64,000 nucleotides of DNA, taken from assembly GCA_963697355.1 (NCBI GenBank), contig CAVONV010000002.1, forward strand, positions 56,372 through 120,371, given 5' to 3'. A program made the position numbers and the translations under genes. Position 1 is the stretch's first letter. Each line of letters starts with the position of its first letter. The notes below the pieces were generated by a model that saw only the letters and a list, made by a program, of their open reading frames with translations, had not been told where the DNA came from and ran no database searches. This document shows, in pieces, positions 9,690 through 18,526 of the stretch. This DNA is from an uncultured Acidobacteriota bacterium (GTDB taxonomy: Bacteria; Acidobacteriota; Vicinamibacteria; Marinacidobacterales; DATDRI01).

Positions 9690-10598
9690 ATGCCGAGAGC
9701 CTGCCCGGCCTGCGGGCGCCCCAACTCCGACGAGGCCGCCCGGTGCCTCTATTGTACAGAGCCCTTGGGTGCAGCGGCCCCGGATGAGGTGGTTGCACCG
9801 ACGATCCCTGTTTCGAAGCGGCATCTTATCATCCTGGCGCCGCAACAAGACGAGAGATCGAGCGAAGAGCGAGCTCAATCCCTTGCAGAGGTGCTCGGTT
9901 TCGCGCCCTACGATGCGCGACTGGCGCTGAAGACGATGCGGCATCGTCTTCTCTGTAAAGTGGAAGGCCAGAGAGAAGCACGGGAGATCTCGAGCCAGCT
10001 CGAGCGACGTGGAGTGGAGCATTTCAAGTTGGCGGAAGCCGACGTCGAGGCCGTGCCTGTGGTCTCTATAAGGTGGCTTCGATTCCACTCGGATCGCATG
10101 GAAATGCAACTCTTGGAAAAGGGCACGGAGCAAGTGAGCTATGAAGATGTGCTGCTCTTGGTCCGCGGTGAAATCGCGAGAGAACGTCACAATGAACGCC
10201 GGATGGCAACACCCCAGGGAGCGAGTCAACCGCTCACTTCGGGGCTTCGACTCTTTCTTTTCGTGCGCGCCTATGACGTTGCAGCTGAGCTCGATTCGGA
10301 GCAATTCGACTGGAGTGCGTTGGGCGACCGGCAGAGCATATCGACGCCTATGAACTTCAAGAGGCTCGTCGATGAGATTCTTCATCGCGCCACGAGCGCG
10401 GAGTTGGACCGAGGCTTTGACTTGGAGCCGGTAGTGCTTTCTCGCTCCGAAGCCGGATCTGACATGGATGCACTTCTCGATGGCTCCAAGGCACGTGACG
10501 GAGTGGTGTACGACAACGAGGCTCAGTTTCGCTTCTACGCACGCTGGCGATACTTGGTTGCCCGCGCGCGAGCCAATACCGGAGGAGAAAGGAATTGA
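9690..10598 (+). CDS. Hypothetical protein with an N-terminal zinc ribbon (CPACG..CLYC)
   Basis: GC3-biased ORF. The overlapping minus-strand ORF 9636..10682 looks like a shadow ORF. Domain family not recognised. Confidence 0.55.
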   Translation: MPRACPACGRPNSDEAARCLYCTEPLGAAAPDEVVAPTIPVSKRHLIILAPQQDERSSEERAQSLAEVLGFAPYDARLALKTMRHRLLCKVEGQREAREISSQLERRGVEHFKLAEADVEAVPVVSIRWLRFHSDRMEMQLLEKGTEQVSYEDVLLLVRGEIARERHNERRMATPQGASQPLTSGLRLFLFVRAYDVAAELDSEQFDWSALGDRQSISTPMNFKRLVDEILHRATSAELDRGFDLEPVVLSRSEAGSDMDALLDGSKARDGVVYDNEAQFRFYARWRYLVARARANTGGERN

Positions 10599-10927
10599 GG
10601 ACCCAATATCATTGCACCTCTTGTTCGGTGCCCCTCGAACGTTCGCGGCGCCTGGGTGCTTTCGAACGCGTCGGGTTGGCATTGATTCCGTTCGTTCGGC
10701 CGTTCCGCTGCCCGGTGTGCCGCAAACGGTCGATCCGTTTCACAAATCGTCCTAGCAGTCACGGATTGCTGCTCTTCTTTGTCACCATCCTGGTTGGAAT
10801 CCTTCTCATCCAGACACTTTGGCATTTTGGCATCCTGGCCGGAGACTATGGCGGAAATGGATATGAACCCAAGGACATAGAGCGGCAACGCTTCCTAGAA
10901 CGCCACAAGACCAGCGACACCCACTAG
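10595..10927 (+). CDS. Small zinc-ribbon membrane protein (CTSC...CPVC plus one TM helix)
   Basis: ATGA overlap with the upstream gene. Four Cys in two CxxC pairs, then the TM helix LLLFFVTILVGILLIQTLWHFGIL. Confidence 0.5.
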   Translation: MRTQYHCTSCSVPLERSRRLGAFERVGLALIPFVRPFRCPVCRKRSIRFTNRPSSHGLLLFFVTILVGILLIQTLWHFGILAGDYGGNGYEPKDIERQRFLERHKTSDTH

Positions 10928-11028
10928 GAAAACGCCCGACCGGGTAAGACTTACATGGAGGACGTAATACTTGCGTGGGGCTTGAGACCAGAGACCGATG
11001 AGCCTGCGGATGGTGTTCGTCTAAACAT

Positions 11029-12126
11029 ATGATAAGAAAGGGCGTGGAGGATTATGTGGAAAACGTGGGAGTGGCAGCTCTTTTGCTACAAGAAAGATTG
11101 ATGAGACGACGCAGCGCCGGCTTCGCTTTGATGTTAATCGGCCTCATGGCCGCGAGCCCCCTCTGCGGCCAAAACGGATCCTCCACGAAGGATCTTTCCG
11201 CCGGCTATCGCTTCGGTCTAGACGTCGATGCCGTTCACTTGGCGGCCACCGTGGTGAACAAGAAGGGAAGCCTCGTGACGGATCTGAATGAAGACGATTT
11301 CGTCGTCTACGAGGATGGTGTGCCCCAGGATCTCGCTTACTTCTCGAGTGGTACGGATGCGCCGGTGGACGTTATGCTGCTCGTGGATGGCAGCGGAAGC
11401 ATGGACATGGCCTCCAAGGTTGCCAATGCGCGGAATGCAGCCATTCAGCTCGTGAGTGTCCTCGGTGCAGAGGATCGAGTGGCCGTATATGCCTTCGCTC
11501 GGGAGATCGTCGAGTTGTGCTCCTTCACGGTAGACAAGAACGAGGCTATCGGAGCGTTGCAACGTCTCGAGCCATTTGGTTCAACGGCGATATACGACGC
11601 CGTCGCGAAGGCATCGGATCTCATTCGGCACCAGGGATTTGGGCGCCGGGCCATCGTCCTCATTACGGATGGAATCGATACCGCCAGTGAGCTTTCTGTT
11701 GACCAAGCCGTCGAAGTGGCCAAGGGAGTGGATTTGCCTGTCTATGCCATGCGAGTTCTCTCCCCCGCTGATGACCCTGAAAGCGACTCTTTTGTGGGTG
11801 TTCACGGCCGTGACGCGATGCTGGTGGATTCCCTCGAACGTTTTGCCGCAGAAACGGGAGGAAAGCTATACGAGGCCAGCGAACTCGGAGCACTGAGGCT
11901 TGCGTCGTTCCGAGTGAAAGAAGAGCTCAAAACCCAGTACCGGCTGGGCTATATACCTCGAAATTCCCGTCAGGATGGGCGGTTTCGTCGAATCGAGGTG
12001 TATATCAGGCTGGAAAACGTCCAAGTACGGACCCGCAAGGGCTACTATGCGCGCGCCAACAAGCGTGGTGCTGGCGAAAGCAACACGCAAGCGGTGCCCG
12101 TACAAGATCCCCATTTCAATCGTTGA
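11029..12126 (+). CDS. VWA domain protein (TIGR03436-like acidobacterial VWFA-related family)
   Basis: Signal peptide, then the MIDAS motif LLVDGSGSM and the rest of the VWA fold. Overall architecture matches the acidobacterial VWFA family. Confidence 0.8.
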   Translation: MIRKGVEDYVENVGVAALLLQERLMRRRSAGFALMLIGLMAASPLCGQNGSSTKDLSAGYRFGLDVDAVHLAATVVNKKGSLVTDLNEDDFVVYEDGVPQDLAYFSSGTDAPVDVMLLVDGSGSMDMASKVANARNAAIQLVSVLGAEDRVAVYAFAREIVELCSFTVDKNEAIGALQRLEPFGSTAIYDAVAKASDLIRHQGFGRRAIVLITDGIDTASELSVDQAVEVAKGVDLPVYAMRVLSPADDPESDSFVGVHGRDAMLVDSLERFAAETGGKLYEASELGALRLASFRVKEELKTQYRLGYIPRNSRQDGRFRRIEVYIRLENVQVRTRKGYYARANKRGAGESNTQAVPVQDPHFNR

Positions 12127-12773
12127 GGAGGTTGGGAATGAAGCAGCTGTTAGTCATTTTCGTGCTAGCTCTCGTGCTAGCCCCTGGTTGTGCTAGTAAG
12201 AAATATGTCGGCAAGGAAGTCGGTGTTGTCAACGAAAAGGTCGAGAGCCTCAGCCAGAGCGTTGAAGAGAATCAAGAGCGCATCAAGTCGGCCGAGGCAG
12301 AGCTTGACCGCCACTCAGGCGAGATCAGCCGGGTGGATGGCAAAGCCGATGAGGCCGGAAGTTTGGCCAACTCGGCGAAAGAAGATGCTGCGAATGCCAT
12401 GAAAGCGGCTCAGGGCAAGCTCATTTACGAAGTGACGCTCTCCAATGACGTGAGTTTCGACTTCGGCGCGGCCAAGCTTTCAGACGAAGCCAAGACGCAA
12501 ATCACAGAGCTCGCTGAGAAGGTCAAGGCGGACAATCGTCGTCTCTATATCGAAATTGAAGGCCACACGGACAACACGGGCGACGAGACCTACAACGAGA
12601 AGCTGGGCCTCCAGCGCGCCGAAGCGGTTCGGGACTATCTCTACCAGACTAACGGAATCCCCCTTCACGCCATCTCGGTTTTCAGCTTCGGTGAGTCCCA
12701 GCCTATCGCTGACAACTCGACTCGTGATGGGCGGGCCGAGAACCGCCGCGTCGTGATCAAGGTTCTCGAGTAA
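12123..12773 (+). CDS. OmpA-family lipoprotein with coiled-coil N-terminal region
   Basis: Lipobox LAPGC. C-terminal OmpA-like domain HTDNTGDETYNEKLGLQRAEAVRDYL...ENRRVVI. ATGA overlap with the VWA gene. Confidence 0.85.
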   Translation: MRRLGMKQLLVIFVLALVLAPGCASKKYVGKEVGVVNEKVESLSQSVEENQERIKSAEAELDRHSGEISRVDGKADEAGSLANSAKEDAANAMKAAQGKLIYEVTLSNDVSFDFGAAKLSDEAKTQITELAEKVKADNRRLYIEIEGHTDNTGDETYNEKLGLQRAEAVRDYLYQTNGIPLHAISVFSFGESQPIADNSTRDGRAENRRVVIKVLE

Positions 12774-12864
12774 TCTTGAGAATCCCCCGGCTCAATGACG
12801 GGCAGGAGGGATCCCGGTAGGCTCCCTATCCGGCGCGCAGGGGGCCTACCGGGTACTAATCAAC

Positions 12865-12926
12865 GGGGACAGTGCTCCTCACTAAAGCCTGATTAGGCAA
12901 GGGCTTTGGTGAGGAGGGCTGTCCCC
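12865..12926. other. Two-tier imperfect hairpin (18-bp arms with a 2-nt bubble, plus an inner 6-bp stem)
   Basis: The arms are ggggacagtgctcctcac and gtgaggagggctgtcccc, with an inner aaagcc/ggcttt stem. It lies between the OmpA gene and the ECF sigma gene and has no U-tract. Confidence 0.4.
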
Positions 12927-13146
12927 ATCATTGATCTCTTGGCACGACGGCTATCCCCATCAGTTTTCCTTCCCATCGCTGTGCCCTTCTGCATCTGATG
13001 TCCTGCCGGTATAAACTCTTTTAGAACTTGGTCTTAGGCGGTGGGAGACGTCCCCAAATGTTGTCCCCTTTAGTGGTAGAATGGCTTCCTCTTGAAACGA
13101 TGGAATAGATCTCCGGTACGACCGGTATTGTGGGAGAGAGGAAGGC

Positions 13147-13740
13147 TTGGGTAGTCCAGCCTATGTCCAGGACCAAGTAAAGGTCGAGGAGGTGGATCGC
13201 GACCTCATCGCTCGAACTTTGAAGGGAGATCGAGACGCCTTCGAAGCCATTGTGCGGCAATACCAAAGGAGGGTCTACGGAGTGGCGCTCAGGATGACAC
13301 GGCGGCACGAGGTGGCGGATGATATCGCCCAAGAGACGTTCGTGCGGGCTTACACGAAGCTTCATCGCTTCGAGCTGGGAAGGCCTCTCGCCCCTTGGTT
13401 GACGCGAATCGCAGCAAATCTCTCCATCAACTATCTGACACGTGCCGCACGGACGGAACAGCCTTTTACGGACGAGGGAACGTCGAGCGGGTTGCCGGCG
13501 GCAAGACCTGAAGACTCAGATCCTCAACAAAGTCTCCTTTCATCCGAGTTTGCCCGCGCTCTCGATGAGGCCGTGGAGAAACTCTCCCCGGAGCAGAAAG
13601 CCGTATTCATCCTGAGGGTGCACGAGGAAATGCGCTACGAGGATATTGCTGAATCACTTGATATTTCCATGGGAACGGTCATGTCACGGTTGTTTCGCGC
13701 CCGCGCAAAGCTCAAGGATTTGCTCAAGAATTATATGTAG
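13147..13740 (+). CDS. ECF (sigma-70 family, group 4) RNA polymerase sigma factor
   Basis: Region 2 (DIAQETFVRAY) and region 4 HTH (YEDIAESLDISMGTVMSRLFRARAKL). Start is TTG 13147 or GTG 13192. Confidence 0.85.
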   Translation: MGSPAYVQDQVKVEEVDRDLIARTLKGDRDAFEAIVRQYQRRVYGVALRMTRRHEVADDIAQETFVRAYTKLHRFELGRPLAPWLTRIAANLSINYLTRAARTEQPFTDEGTSSGLPAARPEDSDPQQSLLSSEFARALDEAVEKLSPEQKAVFILRVHEEMRYEDIAESLDISMGTVMSRLFRARAKLKDLLKNYM

Positions 13741-13753
13741 ACGAGACGAAAAG

Positions 13754-14965
13754 ATGCAATGCGATGATTTCCTGCCGATGGTCGAAAAGCTTGCCGATGG
13801 CGAGTGCTCCACGGCGGAGAAGGAACAAGTGAGAGCTCACCTGGAAGCCTGCGACGCTTGCCGGGAACACTACGAGTTTTTGAAGGCGCTTCCGGATGCC
13901 GCCCGCCGAACGAGCTTACCCGAGCCGCCCGGTGCCTATTGGGAGGCATTGCCACGAAAGGTCATGGTTCGCATCGATCAAGAGCAATCCACCGAGAAGC
14001 ACTCCGCTTGGCTCCCCGGGTGGTTTGCCCCAGCTCAACTTCGGTGGTTGGCCGTCGTGGCCGCCGGGCTGATGGCGCTGGTCTTGAGCTATGAGGTCAT
14101 GCTAGTCCAGCCTGCACAGTCACCAGAGGCAGAGCAGGCATCATCGACTGCAGTGGTTTCGGAAGACAAGGACCGCCCGTCAGCGTTCGAAGTTTCGGAC
14201 GAGGCAGCCGTGAAGCGATTGGAGCAAGACGGACAAGGAGCCCGCGAGCTCGAGCTGCAAGAAGCGGACGATTTGAAGCCGATGTCTTCCGCGAGAAAAA
14301 AGGCCCGCCCCGAAATGCCTTCTCCGCCGGAGAAAACGTTGGCAAAGACGGATGAGCAAACCTTCGGGAGGGCTCGTCCGGTGGAATCGCCTATATCCGT
14401 TCCGGAAAAAGGCGAAACCGAAGGGAGTGTCGCAGCGTTTGCAGATGAAGAAGCCTCTGTTTTGCACGAAGTCGTCGGAAAAGAAGGTGTGTTACCGCCA
14501 ACGGAACCTTCTGTGGTCGTTGCGGATGCACCAGAAAGACCGCAAGCCGTGAGTGGCGAAGAGTCGAAACTGAGTGCTCAAGCGGAACCGTCTCCAGATC
14601 GTGGAAGAGCGAAGCTGGAAGCTGATCAGGCGAGGGCCCTTGACAGAATAGCTGTCGTGGACCGGAGTCAGAAGGCGAGCTACCGTGGGGCCTTGGGCGC
14701 GGCCCAAGAGCCAACAGAGAGCCAAATTGAAGCTCGGTCCGATCAATTGCGCGACTCTTTGGAGGGGGGCTTGGAAGGAGACGAATTGTTGAATGCTCGA
14801 TTTGAGCTGGCCGAGTGCTCGATAGCTCTTGCAAACCTTCGCCTGACAGAAGAAAGGCGTAACCGGGCCGTTCAAGATTCGGAAGCGTTTTTGAAGATCT
14901 CACCCGAAGGGGAGAAAGCCGAGAAAATCAAGCGCGGGCTAGCTGCTCTCCTCGAGAAGAAGTAG
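13754..14965 (+). CDS. Anti-sigma factor with zinc-finger (zf-HC2-like) N-terminus, one TM helix and a long extracytoplasmic low-complexity tail
   Basis: ATG 13754 lies 14 nt after the sigma stop. Motif HLEACDACREHYEF, TM helix LRWLAVVAAGLMALVL, then an E/A/P-rich region. Confidence 0.7.
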   Translation: MQCDDFLPMVEKLADGECSTAEKEQVRAHLEACDACREHYEFLKALPDAARRTSLPEPPGAYWEALPRKVMVRIDQEQSTEKHSAWLPGWFAPAQLRWLAVVAAGLMALVLSYEVMLVQPAQSPEAEQASSTAVVSEDKDRPSAFEVSDEAAVKRLEQDGQGARELELQEADDLKPMSSARKKARPEMPSPPEKTLAKTDEQTFGRARPVESPISVPEKGETEGSVAAFADEEASVLHEVVGKEGVLPPTEPSVVVADAPERPQAVSGEESKLSAQAEPSPDRGRAKLEADQARALDRIAVVDRSQKASYRGALGAAQEPTESQIEARSDQLRDSLEGGLEGDELLNARFELAECSIALANLRLTEERRNRAVQDSEAFLKISPEGEKAEKIKRGLAALLEKK

Positions 14966-14991
14966 CCGGAGATCAGAGGCCAGTAAACAGC

Positions 14992-16011
14992 CTAGATGAG
15001 TGGCTTTCCCTCAATCCCAACGTCCAGGTGATACACGGCCGTTGTGCCGGCAAGCACGACCCCCCCGTTGCCATCAAAAGCCAAACCCACCAGCGGTGGA
15101 CTGGAAACGAGGCAATCCTTGTCGCCGTTGGGTTGGATACGATACAGACCGCTGTCTCCGGCCAGAGCTTCGGTGACGTACAGATTGCCGTCCGAGTCGA
15201 ACGCCATACCTTGTGGACGACCGAGACCTGTGTGGAAAATCTCGACTTTGGCGTCTGGATTCACTCGATAGATTGAATCTACACTCGAGAGACTGGGGCC
15301 ACTGACAAAGAGATCACCTTGCTCATCAAACGCCAAGTGGTATGCAGCAATCGACGGTGGTAGGTGACAGAACGCTCGGGGCTCCCCGTTGCGCTCAATC
15401 CGAAAAACGGTTCCCTGTCGGTCGCCGACGTAAAGGACCCCTTCCGGATCAAACGCAATACCCGTCGCGATACCCAGTTCATCGGCAATGAGCTGGACGT
15501 CCTTTTCGGGGCTAACACGGTATACGGTACCTTCATGACGGCTGGAAATGTAGAGGTGTTTGTCCGGACCGATCGCCATCCCCGTGGGATTGTCAATCTC
15601 GCTCAAGAAAGGCTCAGCTCTATCGTCAGAGCTGATCTGAAAAACCGATACGGGGACTTTTTCTCCACGGCTCCCGCTGAAGGTAACGAATAGGTTGCCT
15701 GAATAGTCGATAGCAGGATTTGCAACGGGATGCAGATCGTCAGCAATCAGCCGTGCCACCGAAATGGGAAAAGGCGTACTCTCCGTTCCTTCTTGCTCGA
15801 TACGCACTGTCGAGAGGCCGTTGCTTTGGGGAACGATGACGGAGACCTGACGATCAGATACCCGAGTGATCTGCGCGCGTCTCTCACCGAAAAAAACCCG
15901 CAGCGCATGTGCTCTGGTCGGGTCGAACCCACTTCCGAGCAAGTCCAGGCGGCCACCAGGAACAGCATGACTCGGGCTGACTCTTTCGACAACGGGATGG
16001 GCGGCAGTCAA
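14992..16011 (-). CDS. IPT/TIG domain plus NHL/SMP-30-like beta-propeller protein
   Basis: The N-terminal Ig-like segment reads VSPSHAVPGGRLDLLGSGF. It is followed by repeated GxxFDxxGxLYVxD-like blades. Confidence 0.65.
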   Translation of the reverse strand: MTAAHPVVERVSPSHAVPGGRLDLLGSGFDPTRAHALRVFFGERRAQITRVSDRQVSVIVPQSNGLSTVRIEQEGTESTPFPISVARLIADDLHPVANPAIDYSGNLFVTFSGSRGEKVPVSVFQISSDDRAEPFLSEIDNPTGMAIGPDKHLYISSRHEGTVYRVSPEKDVQLIADELGIATGIAFDPEGVLYVGDRQGTVFRIERNGEPRAFCHLPPSIAAYHLAFDEQGDLFVSGPSLSSVDSIYRVNPDAKVEIFHTGLGRPQGMAFDSDGNLYVTEALAGDSGLYRIQPNGDKDCLVSSPPLVGLAFDGNGGVVLAGTTAVYHLDVGIEGKPLI

Positions 16012-16071
16012 TTGTTGGGGTCCTCTGATTATGCGAATAGGGCCATAATAGCATGGGAGAAGAAGGCCTGC

Positions 16072-16560
16072 TTATTTGAGCTCGATGAGTCCGTCGTCCA
16101 TGAGACGTTTGAAGATCGAAAGGACATCCGTTTCGCTCATGGGACAAATCTTGATAATGGAACGAATGTCCCATTCGCCATTCACACGTGAGAGGACGAA
16201 TCCTTCCTGGGGGGCGAGGGTTACATTTGCAAGGTCGTCCAAAGAGAGCTTGAGTACTGGAATTCGTCCGAGGGGAATCTTGGTGGTTCGTTTGCCGTCG
16301 TCGATGAGCCGCTGGGTCTTCAAGAAGAAAAGACGAGCGTACTTGTTGTGCGGATCGATCTCGAGGGCGGCTTCAAACGCACTCATGGCTTCCGGATACT
16401 GCCCTGCATTGAACCAGACCACGCCTTGCTTCAGCCGCTCGCGAAGCTCCTCGACTTGTTGTTCGAATGGGATGTCTTCAGGTGCTTCACCGACGGTCAG
16501 TAGTCCGCGATTGTACAGTTCCAGGAGCCGCGCGGCCGCGTAGAAATCGACGGCATGCAT
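16072..16560 (-). CDS. TPR plus DUF4388-like domain protein
   Basis: The central TPR reads WFNAGQYPEAMSAFEAALEIDP. The C-terminus LSLDDLANVTLAPQEGFVLSRVNGEWDIRSII resembles DUF4388. Confidence 0.55.
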   Translation of the reverse strand: MHAVDFYAAARLLELYNRGLLTVGEAPEDIPFEQQVEELRERLKQGVVWFNAGQYPEAMSAFEAALEIDPHNKYARLFFLKTQRLIDDGKRTTKIPLGRIPVLKLSLDDLANVTLAPQEGFVLSRVNGEWDIRSIIKICPMSETDVLSIFKRLMDDGLIELK

Positions 16561-16568
16561 CTCCAGAG

Positions 16569-17174
16569 CTATCTCGGCGAGATTCTTGCCCTTTTTGCTA
16601 ACTGCAGGATGCGGCGGTCTTCCGCAGTGAGCTCCGCATCCTCGGTATCGCCTACTTCAAACGTGGTATACCGGGATGGGAAGACTTCTCGGATCCTCTG
16701 CCATTCGTCTGTTCGTCTCGCACCTTCCAATATGACACCGGTGAGGTCGAGAGGAAGCGAGATGGGAATCTTCTCCGGCAGATCATCGTCCTCGAAAACG
16801 AATTCTCCTTCGGGCCATAAAAAGCAATCGTATATGGTTTCTTCCGTTTTGAGCCTGAGGAGATCTTTCAACTCCTCGTCACTGAGGAGACCTTCGCGTA
16901 TGAGGATCTGTCCGAGCGGTTCGCGCTTACGGTCTTGCTCTATCAGAGCTCTGAAAAGATCCTCTTCGGAGATTTTCCCCGACCGAATGAGGAACTGACC
17001 CAGCGTCTCACGTGGACTATTCGATGTAGACGAGAAGAGGCGACCACTATTGAAGAAGAGCTGCTTTTCGATGGGGCCGTTTTTGAGGCGCAATGTGCCC
17101 GTCTTCAAGTTCGTCGCACACCACTGGAGAAGATCTCCAGAGTGCATGGTTTGCAGACTCCCGCTGATGCCCAT
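16569..17174 (-). CDS. DUF4388 domain protein with tandem MshEN (GspE_N-like) c-di-GMP-binding motifs
   Basis: The N-terminal DUF4388 segment reads GSLQTMHSGDLLQWCATNLKTGTLRL. Two 23-aa motifs follow, LGQFLIRSGKISEEDLFRALIEQ and LGQILIREGLLSDEELKDLLRLK, separated by a 5-aa linker. Confidence 0.65.
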   Translation of the reverse strand: MGISGSLQTMHSGDLLQWCATNLKTGTLRLKNGPIEKQLFFNSGRLFSSTSNSPRETLGQFLIRSGKISEEDLFRALIEQDRKREPLGQILIREGLLSDEELKDLLRLKTEETIYDCFLWPEGEFVFEDDDLPEKIPISLPLDLTGVILEGARRTDEWQRIREVFPSRYTTFEVGDTEDAELTAEDRRILQLAKRARISPR

Positions 17175-17221
17175 GAGGTTTCAAAGGTGGTGGTGAACGG
17201 GGAAGTACGTGAGACGAATCG

Positions 17222-17752
17222 TCAACTCCTCTGCTCGGTGTGCCAGTACAAATAGTCTCGCCAGCTTTCCGGCACTTCCCCGATGCCCAAGGTGATTCTC
17301 AAGGCTGGGAGAAAGGTCGGCCGCTTTGGAACGCGCATGAGTTGTAGTCCTGCTTGTCGGGGAGTTTGACCTCCCTTGCGACGGTTGCATTCGGCGCAAC
17401 AAGCTACGATGTTCTCCCAATCTTTGCGGCCTCCCTGGGACGCTGGGACGACATGATCGAGTGTCAGTTCCGAACCGGTCAACCGCAGTCCACAGTACTG
17501 GCAACAATGTTTGTCTCGAAGGTAGATGTTGGTGCGGGAGAACGGTACATGATGAAAGCGCTTTGTGACCCGTACCCGGGCGCGGAGCCTCAACACTGAT
17601 GGGAGATCCAAACTCTCGGAAACACCACGTATGACTCGATCGGAAGCCGCTAGGACCTCCACTTTGCCCTTGATGAGCAACGTAACGGCCCGCTGCCAGG
17701 AAACCACCCGCAGTGGTTCGTACGTGGCATTGAGTAAGAGTGTCCTTTCCAC
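17222..17752 (-). CDS. HNH endonuclease
   Basis: CQYCG...LTLDHVVP...WENIVACCAECNRRKG, a complete HNH motif. Confidence 0.85.
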   Translation of the reverse strand: MERTLLLNATYEPLRVVSWQRAVTLLIKGKVEVLAASDRVIRGVSESLDLPSVLRLRARVRVTKRFHHVPFSRTNIYLRDKHCCQYCGLRLTGSELTLDHVVPASQGGRKDWENIVACCAECNRRKGGQTPRQAGLQLMRVPKRPTFLPALRITLGIGEVPESWRDYLYWHTEQRS

Positions 17753-18009
17753 GGGTTATGCACTCCCCTTTCCACGACCCGTGGCTAAACTCTGCGTTCT
17801 TACACACCACACCTCCGACGAAAGACCTTCACGTCCTTCAATTGGATTCGGTGAGTGAGTATTCGCGCTCTCGACGACCCTCCGAAGAAGAAGAGTTTTG
17901 CTTACTAGCTCTAATTAAGCTTATGTTGCGTAAAAAGAGCATTAATGTCAAGCAGCTTGCCATCGAGGTAAGTGTAGACATGGTGTTGAGTTGCGAGAGA
18001 GGGGGAACC

Positions 18010-18471
18010 ATGGATCGACATAGTGACTACGTAGCGGTCGTGGGCGCGTCGGAATGTGACAATGACGTAGCTTGCTTGGCGGAAAGTACGGGCAAGTCGA
18101 TTGCTCGAGCAGGAGCCGTGCTCGTCTGCGGTGGGATGGGAGGGGTTATGGAGGCGGCGGCCCGAGGGGCGAAGCAGGAGGGCGGGTTTACCATTGGTCT
18201 ATTGCCCGGGGTGAGTCGAATGGCTGCTAATCGTTACATCGATTTGGCAATCGCCACAGGTCTCGGCCATTTCCGCAATTTTCTAATCGCCCAGACGTCT
18301 GACGCTCTCATTGCCGTGACCGGCAAATACGGTACCCTTTCGGAGATGGCTATGGGACTCATTTTGGGGAAGACCGTTGTCGGCTTGGGATCGTGGGACA
18401 TCGAAGGTGTCGTATCGGCGTCGAGCCCCGAAGAGGCCGTCCGCCTCGCCCTAGCCTCCACTAAAAAGTAG
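18010..18471 (+). CDS. TIGR00725/LOG-family Rossmann-fold protein
   Basis: VAVVGAS...LVCGGMGGVMEAAARGA...IGLLP...ALIAVTGKYGTLSEMA. ATG 18010 is preferred, with the GA-rich RBS gagagagggggaacc. Confidence 0.75.
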   Translation: MDRHSDYVAVVGASECDNDVACLAESTGKSIARAGAVLVCGGMGGVMEAAARGAKQEGGFTIGLLPGVSRMAANRYIDLAIATGLGHFRNFLIAQTSDALIAVTGKYGTLSEMAMGLILGKTVVGLGSWDIEGVVSASSPEEAVRLALASTKK

Positions 18472-18526
18472 GGTAACTGAGTTCTCGGGTTCTTGAGTTC
18501 TGGTTTCTCGAGTTCTTGAGTTCTTC
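18472..18526. repeat. Tandem degenerate octamer (GTTCTTGA)n, about 6 units
   Basis: gttctcgg gttcttga gttctggt ttctcga gttcttga gttcttcc. The same motif recurs at 7996, 25101, 25231, 50661 and 55820. Confidence 0.5.

Noticed and set aside
9636-10682. 348-aa ORF on the minus strand overlapping the zinc-ribbon gene
   Set aside because: Low-complexity, Arg/Gly-rich translation typical of antisense shadow ORFs in high-GC DNA. The plus-strand frame has better GC3 bias and recognisable Cys motifs.
13021-13365. 114-aa ORF antisense to the ECF sigma factor start
   Set aside because: It overlaps a well-supported sigma-70 family gene and has no motifs.
17222-18471. Defence island (HNH plus SLOG/LOG-like) interpretation
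   Set aside because: The HNH protein is of the common standalone 170-aa type, and the TIGR00725 gene is divergently transcribed. There are no other defence hallmarks (ATPases, methylases, TIR/STING).
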